Positions 60,979-64,000 of a stretch of 64,000 nucleotides of DNA are shown piece after piece. The stretch spans positions 287,321-351,320 of the forward strand of contig CAWCAE010000001.1 of assembly GCA_963793445.1 (NCBI GenBank). Direction: 5' to 3'. The notes below the pieces were generated by a model. It saw only the letters and a program-made list of their open reading frames with translations. It ran no database searches and was not told the DNA's origin. The translations under genes were made by a program, and so were the position numbers. The DNA comes from an uncultured cyanobacterium. GTDB lineage: Bacteria > Cyanobacteriota > Cyanobacteriia > Phormidesmidales > Phormidesmidaceae. Within the stretch, counting starts at the first letter, position 1; each line of letters begins with the position of its first letter.

Positions 60979-61066
60979 AGCTGTGCATTTCCCTCAAAGA
61001 GTAGGTATTGAACATTTTCTTCAAGAGTGCCCAGCATCATAGATACCCGATACACTGGGCAAGCCT

Positions 61067-61696
61067 TTGAAGACACTCCCAACGCATCCTCTTATGATAC
61101 CGACCACACTTGCCGTTGCCGATCTCCCGACTGCCGAGCTAGGTGCTCTACGCGTAGCGCTGCTCGAACTTATCTGCCAAGCTGCCTACAAAGAGGGTGA
61201 TTTCACACTCTCTTCTGGCAAAAAGAGCGATTACTACATCAATGGCAAGCAGGTGACGCTACATGCGCAGGGCGGGTTAATGGTAGCTCGGCTCTTGCTC
61301 TCTATGCTGCCAGTTGGAACGGTGGGTATCGGTGGGCTAACGCTGGGCGCGGACCCAATGGTGAGCGCCGTCAGCGTTGCCGGAGCCTATGAAAATCAGC
61401 CAGTAACGCCGCTGATTATTCGTAAAGAGGCTAAAGGTCATGGCACGCGTGTCTATATTGAAGGGCCAGAGCTGCCCCCAGAAAGTCCTGTAGTTATTTT
61501 AGAAGATGTCGTTACTACAGGTGCTTCTGCTATGAAAGCGGTGGAAAGGCTCCGCAACGCAGGCTACGTAGTCAACGATATCTTGGCACTGGTTGATCGG
61601 CAGCAGGGTGGACAAGCCCTCTATGAAAAAGAGGGCCTGACTTTCCGTCCTATCTTCACAATCGCAGAAATCAAGGCGTACTCAAGAACTCGATAA
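61067..61696 (+). CDS. pyrE: orotate phosphoribosyltransferase
   Basis: FTLSSGKKSDYY, GLTLGADP, IRKEAKGHG, ILEDVVTTGAS. Confidence 0.96.
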   Translation: MKTLPTHPLMIPTTLAVADLPTAELGALRVALLELICQAAYKEGDFTLSSGKKSDYYINGKQVTLHAQGGLMVARLLLSMLPVGTVGIGGLTLGADPMVSAVSVAGAYENQPVTPLIIRKEAKGHGTRVYIEGPELPPESPVVILEDVVTTGASAMKAVERLRNAGYVVNDILALVDRQQGGQALYEKEGLTFRPIFTIAEIKAYSRTR

Positions 61697-61777
61697 GCGC
61701 TAACAAGTAGGCTTGGATGAGCAGACTAGATGCCCACACTGCATGCGCAGACTTAATATGCAGACTAGGCGCTCTCC

Positions 61778-62539
61778 TTAGGACTCAACCTTGACAGCTT
61801 TTACCATCTGCATCGACTCCACCAGGCTACGCACGACAGCGACCATTGCTAGTGGCTCGTTTAGTCTATGAACAGCAGAGCCGACACCGACACCCGCTGC
61901 GCCTGCTGCTAATGCCATTGGCGCGGTAACATCCGAGATGCCAGAGGCGCAGAGAACAGGTACGCTGACAGCGCGAGAAATTGCATGTGCAGCCGCTAGC
62001 GTAGGTGCGGCTTTTTCGATGAGCCCTAGCGTTCCACCATGAGCTGGTGCACTGCTGATGCCACCCTCGGTTTGAATAATATCGGCTCCGGCTTCGACCA
62101 ACGCCTCTGCAAGTGCAACTTGCTCATCTAGGGCCAAAATATGGGGTACTGTGACCGATAAGGTTGTAGACGGTAGGTGCGATCGCGTCTCTTTTGTGAG
62201 TGCCAGAACTTCAGGTGCTTCAAACCGTCTGCCCTGTGCATAGAAAGTATCAAAGTTGCCAATTTCAATCAGGTCGGCCCCAGCTTCGACCGCGCGGACA
62301 AATTTTTGAGGCTCAACCGCAGACACACAGATGGGCAAATGAATCAGACGGCGGACCAGGCGGACTAGCTCTGCATCGGCAGCAATGTCTACAAAGGTTG
62401 CCCCACCCTGCTGAGCGGCTTTGACGACATCGATCACATTGCGCTGGTCGAGATTGGTCAGACCGCTGATAATTTTGAGCACACAGCCGTCGCGAAGTGC
62501 AGTTTGAAAGTTACGGTGGCGGAGATGAGAAATAGCCAT
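61778..62539 (-). CDS. ycf23: DUF561 / Ycf23 family protein
   Basis: LKIISGL.N, GADLIEIGNFD.FY, DIIQTEGG, LIEKAAPTLAAA. Confidence 0.88.
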   Translation of the reverse strand: MAISHLRHRNFQTALRDGCVLKIISGLTNLDQRNVIDVVKAAQQGGATFVDIAADAELVRLVRRLIHLPICVSAVEPQKFVRAVEAGADLIEIGNFDTFYAQGRRFEAPEVLALTKETRSHLPSTTLSVTVPHILALDEQVALAEALVEAGADIIQTEGGISSAPAHGGTLGLIEKAAPTLAAAHAISRAVSVPVLCASGISDVTAPMALAAGAAGVGVGSAVHRLNEPLAMVAVVRSLVESMQMVKAVKVES

Positions 62540-62599
62540 AAATCTTTTGAGATGACTTGCACAAATTATTTTGACAGAGATTTGTCCTACCGCGTGAAG

Positions 62600-63813
62600 C
62601 AGGGCAAACGCATACTCAAGTAAGTAGTACTTGAATGAGAAAGGCGTTGTCCCAGCCAGCTTTTAGCCGCTTTGCCTGCTTCGAGCCTTTAGAAGCTTCT
62701 CTAGCAAGCAAGTTGAGGGCAATCTTTCTAATTACTGTCATATTTTCTGGGGCATGGCCTTTGCGAATACGCGAGTCATCTTCGCGAAAGACCACATCTA
62801 AACTCCAATGTAGCTTGTTCTCAATGCCCCAGTGAGCGCGACTAGCATAGGCAAAGCGCTCTACACCACCGTCTAAGCTCACTAGATAGTACCGTCGCTC
62901 TGTTGTGGTCGGTTGTCCATTGATGCGCCGCTCTGACTCAATCATGCCTACTCGTTTGAGCCCTACCCATCGTTGCGCATCTTCGAGATGTTCGACGTTG
63001 CCCAGTAGCCAGTAGCGTCTTGTTTCAAGACGTCCGTGCCCCTTATCAATTGTCTGATAGGCTTCGTGTTCGATGTCTTTGAAGCTAGTTTTGCGTGCCC
63101 AGTCGAACAACTGTTCGACGTCCTGGTGCAGGTTGCCCTGGTTCCCTTTTAGGCTTAGAACGTAATCAGCACCCTGCTCGATAATCTGTTTGGCAATCTC
63201 GGTTTGTGCGCCCATCGCGTCAATCGTGACGATGCATCCTGAGATATCCAGAATGTTAAGCAGCTTGGGAATTGCCGTAATTTCGTTGGACTTGCCATCG
63301 ACTTTGACTTGTCCTAAGACAAGCTGATTGGCGCTAGCCCAGGCACTGACCATATGAATGGCCCCCTTACCTGTGCCTTTGTCGTATGAATGTCGCGCAC
63401 TCTTGCCGTCTAACGAAACGACCTCACCGCCGCTCAGTTTGGCAATACTCTTCACCCAACTGACAAAGCATTCCTGGAGTTGAGTCGGCTCTAGCAGGGC
63501 GAACACTCTGGCAATCGTGTCGTGAGAAGGTATCCCGTTTGGCAAGCTCAGAAACGTTTTGAGCCACGCTGACTTGCTCTGTCCGTAGGCTTCTATCTCT
63601 TCCCACGTCTCGGCTCCGCAGATAACCGCGCATATCGTCAACGCTACGATATCTAGCAGCGGGTGCTCAACTAGATACAATGTTCGCGGGTCTTCAAGCG
63701 TTGCAAAGTGCGTTAAGAGCGAACCTGATGCATGGGTTTCCTGACTCATTAGCAAGACCGAATATAGCTCTACCTATCCAGTATCCTGCTTTCACGAGTA
63801 TGCGTTTGCCCTG
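62600..63813 (-). mobile_element. ISAs1-family insertion sequence, 1214 bp
   Basis: Perfect 18-bp IRs CAGGGCAAACGCATACTC (62600-62617; 63796-63813); 10-bp TSD CCGCGTGAAG (62590-62599; 63814-63823). Confidence 0.96.
62616..63749 (-). CDS. ISAs1 family transposase
   Basis: GIPSHDT, SLDGK, SNEITAIP, TIDAMG, LKGNQ, HGRLETR, HWGIENKLHWSLDVVFRED. Confidence 0.95.
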   Translation of the reverse strand: MSQETHASGSLLTHFATLEDPRTLYLVEHPLLDIVALTICAVICGAETWEEIEAYGQSKSAWLKTFLSLPNGIPSHDTIARVFALLEPTQLQECFVSWVKSIAKLSGGEVVSLDGKSARHSYDKGTGKGAIHMVSAWASANQLVLGQVKVDGKSNEITAIPKLLNILDISGCIVTIDAMGAQTEIAKQIIEQGADYVLSLKGNQGNLHQDVEQLFDWARKTSFKDIEHEAYQTIDKGHGRLETRRYWLLGNVEHLEDAQRWVGLKRVGMIESERRINGQPTTTERRYYLVSLDGGVERFAYASRAHWGIENKLHWSLDVVFREDDSRIRKGHAPENMTVIRKIALNLLAREASKGSKQAKRLKAGWDNAFLIQVLLT

Positions 63814-63919
63814 CCGCGTGAAGACATCTAGCAGGCATCGACGCCAATTGTGGTGTAACATTGAAGACTGCGAAAAAAATACGCTGAACCCCTGCTGAAT
63901 CTTACTCAAAAAAACTATT

Positions 63920-64000
63920 ATGCCTAAGCTAAAAACGCGCCGAGCTGCTGCCAAGCGCTTCCGCCGTAGTGGAAGCGGCAAAATCATGCGTCGTAAAGCT
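63920..64000 (+). CDS. rpmI: 50S ribosomal protein L35 (5' part, runs off window)
   Basis: [27 protein letters not shown]; not in the ORF track. Confidence 0.95.
   Translation, partial: MPKLKTRRAAAKRFRRSGSGKIMRRKA

Larger units (their letters stand above)
1..64000. repeat. HIP1 octamer GCGATCGC dispersed throughout
   Basis: Roughly 50 or more copies by eye (e.g. 7710, 50244, 50258), far above chance for an 8-mer. Confidence 0.95.

Noticed and set aside
63694-63987. 97-aa minus-strand ORF
   Set aside because: Spans the IS end and is antisense to rpmI.

Overview
Cyanobacterial chromosome segment. The evidence is dozens of HIP1 GCGATCGC octamers plus ndhA-I-G-E, petE, chlG, petP, ycf23 and a group 2 sigma factor. 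The gene style suggests a Leptolyngbya/Synechococcus PCC 7335-like lineage, which is an inference only. The window is mostly housekeeping: gltA-ndh-nadK, cell-wall PBPs, chlG/Get3-like/petP, hisF, sigD-like, ftsH, clpS, trm1, bioB, hspA, menG, pyrE and the start of rpmI. It also holds one CAU-anticodon tRNA and one intact ISAs1 element with 18-bp IRs and a 10-bp target duplication. Several things lie outside the supplied ORF track or are not explained by it. (1) A pervasive signature of about 15-nt tandem duplications with unrelated unit sequences, in both coding and intergenic DNA. (2) Three gene relics within about 4.2 kb: a cadherin-domain lipoprotein with a frameshift and a TAA, a ZnuB-like fragment, and the 3' end of a PucC/BCD-type MFS gene. 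(3) A 1528-aa protein made of a coiled coil, an acidic region and an Hsp70-type nucleotide-binding domain, divergent from a Crp regulator. (4) An FtsH4-like protease that appears to lack TM1. (5) A Bacillus-like BioB. (6) An HLR1 box overlapping the sigD -10 element. No CRISPR array, prophage, defence island or far-red photoacclimation gene is evident. All family calls come from motif recognition by eye; no database searches were run.
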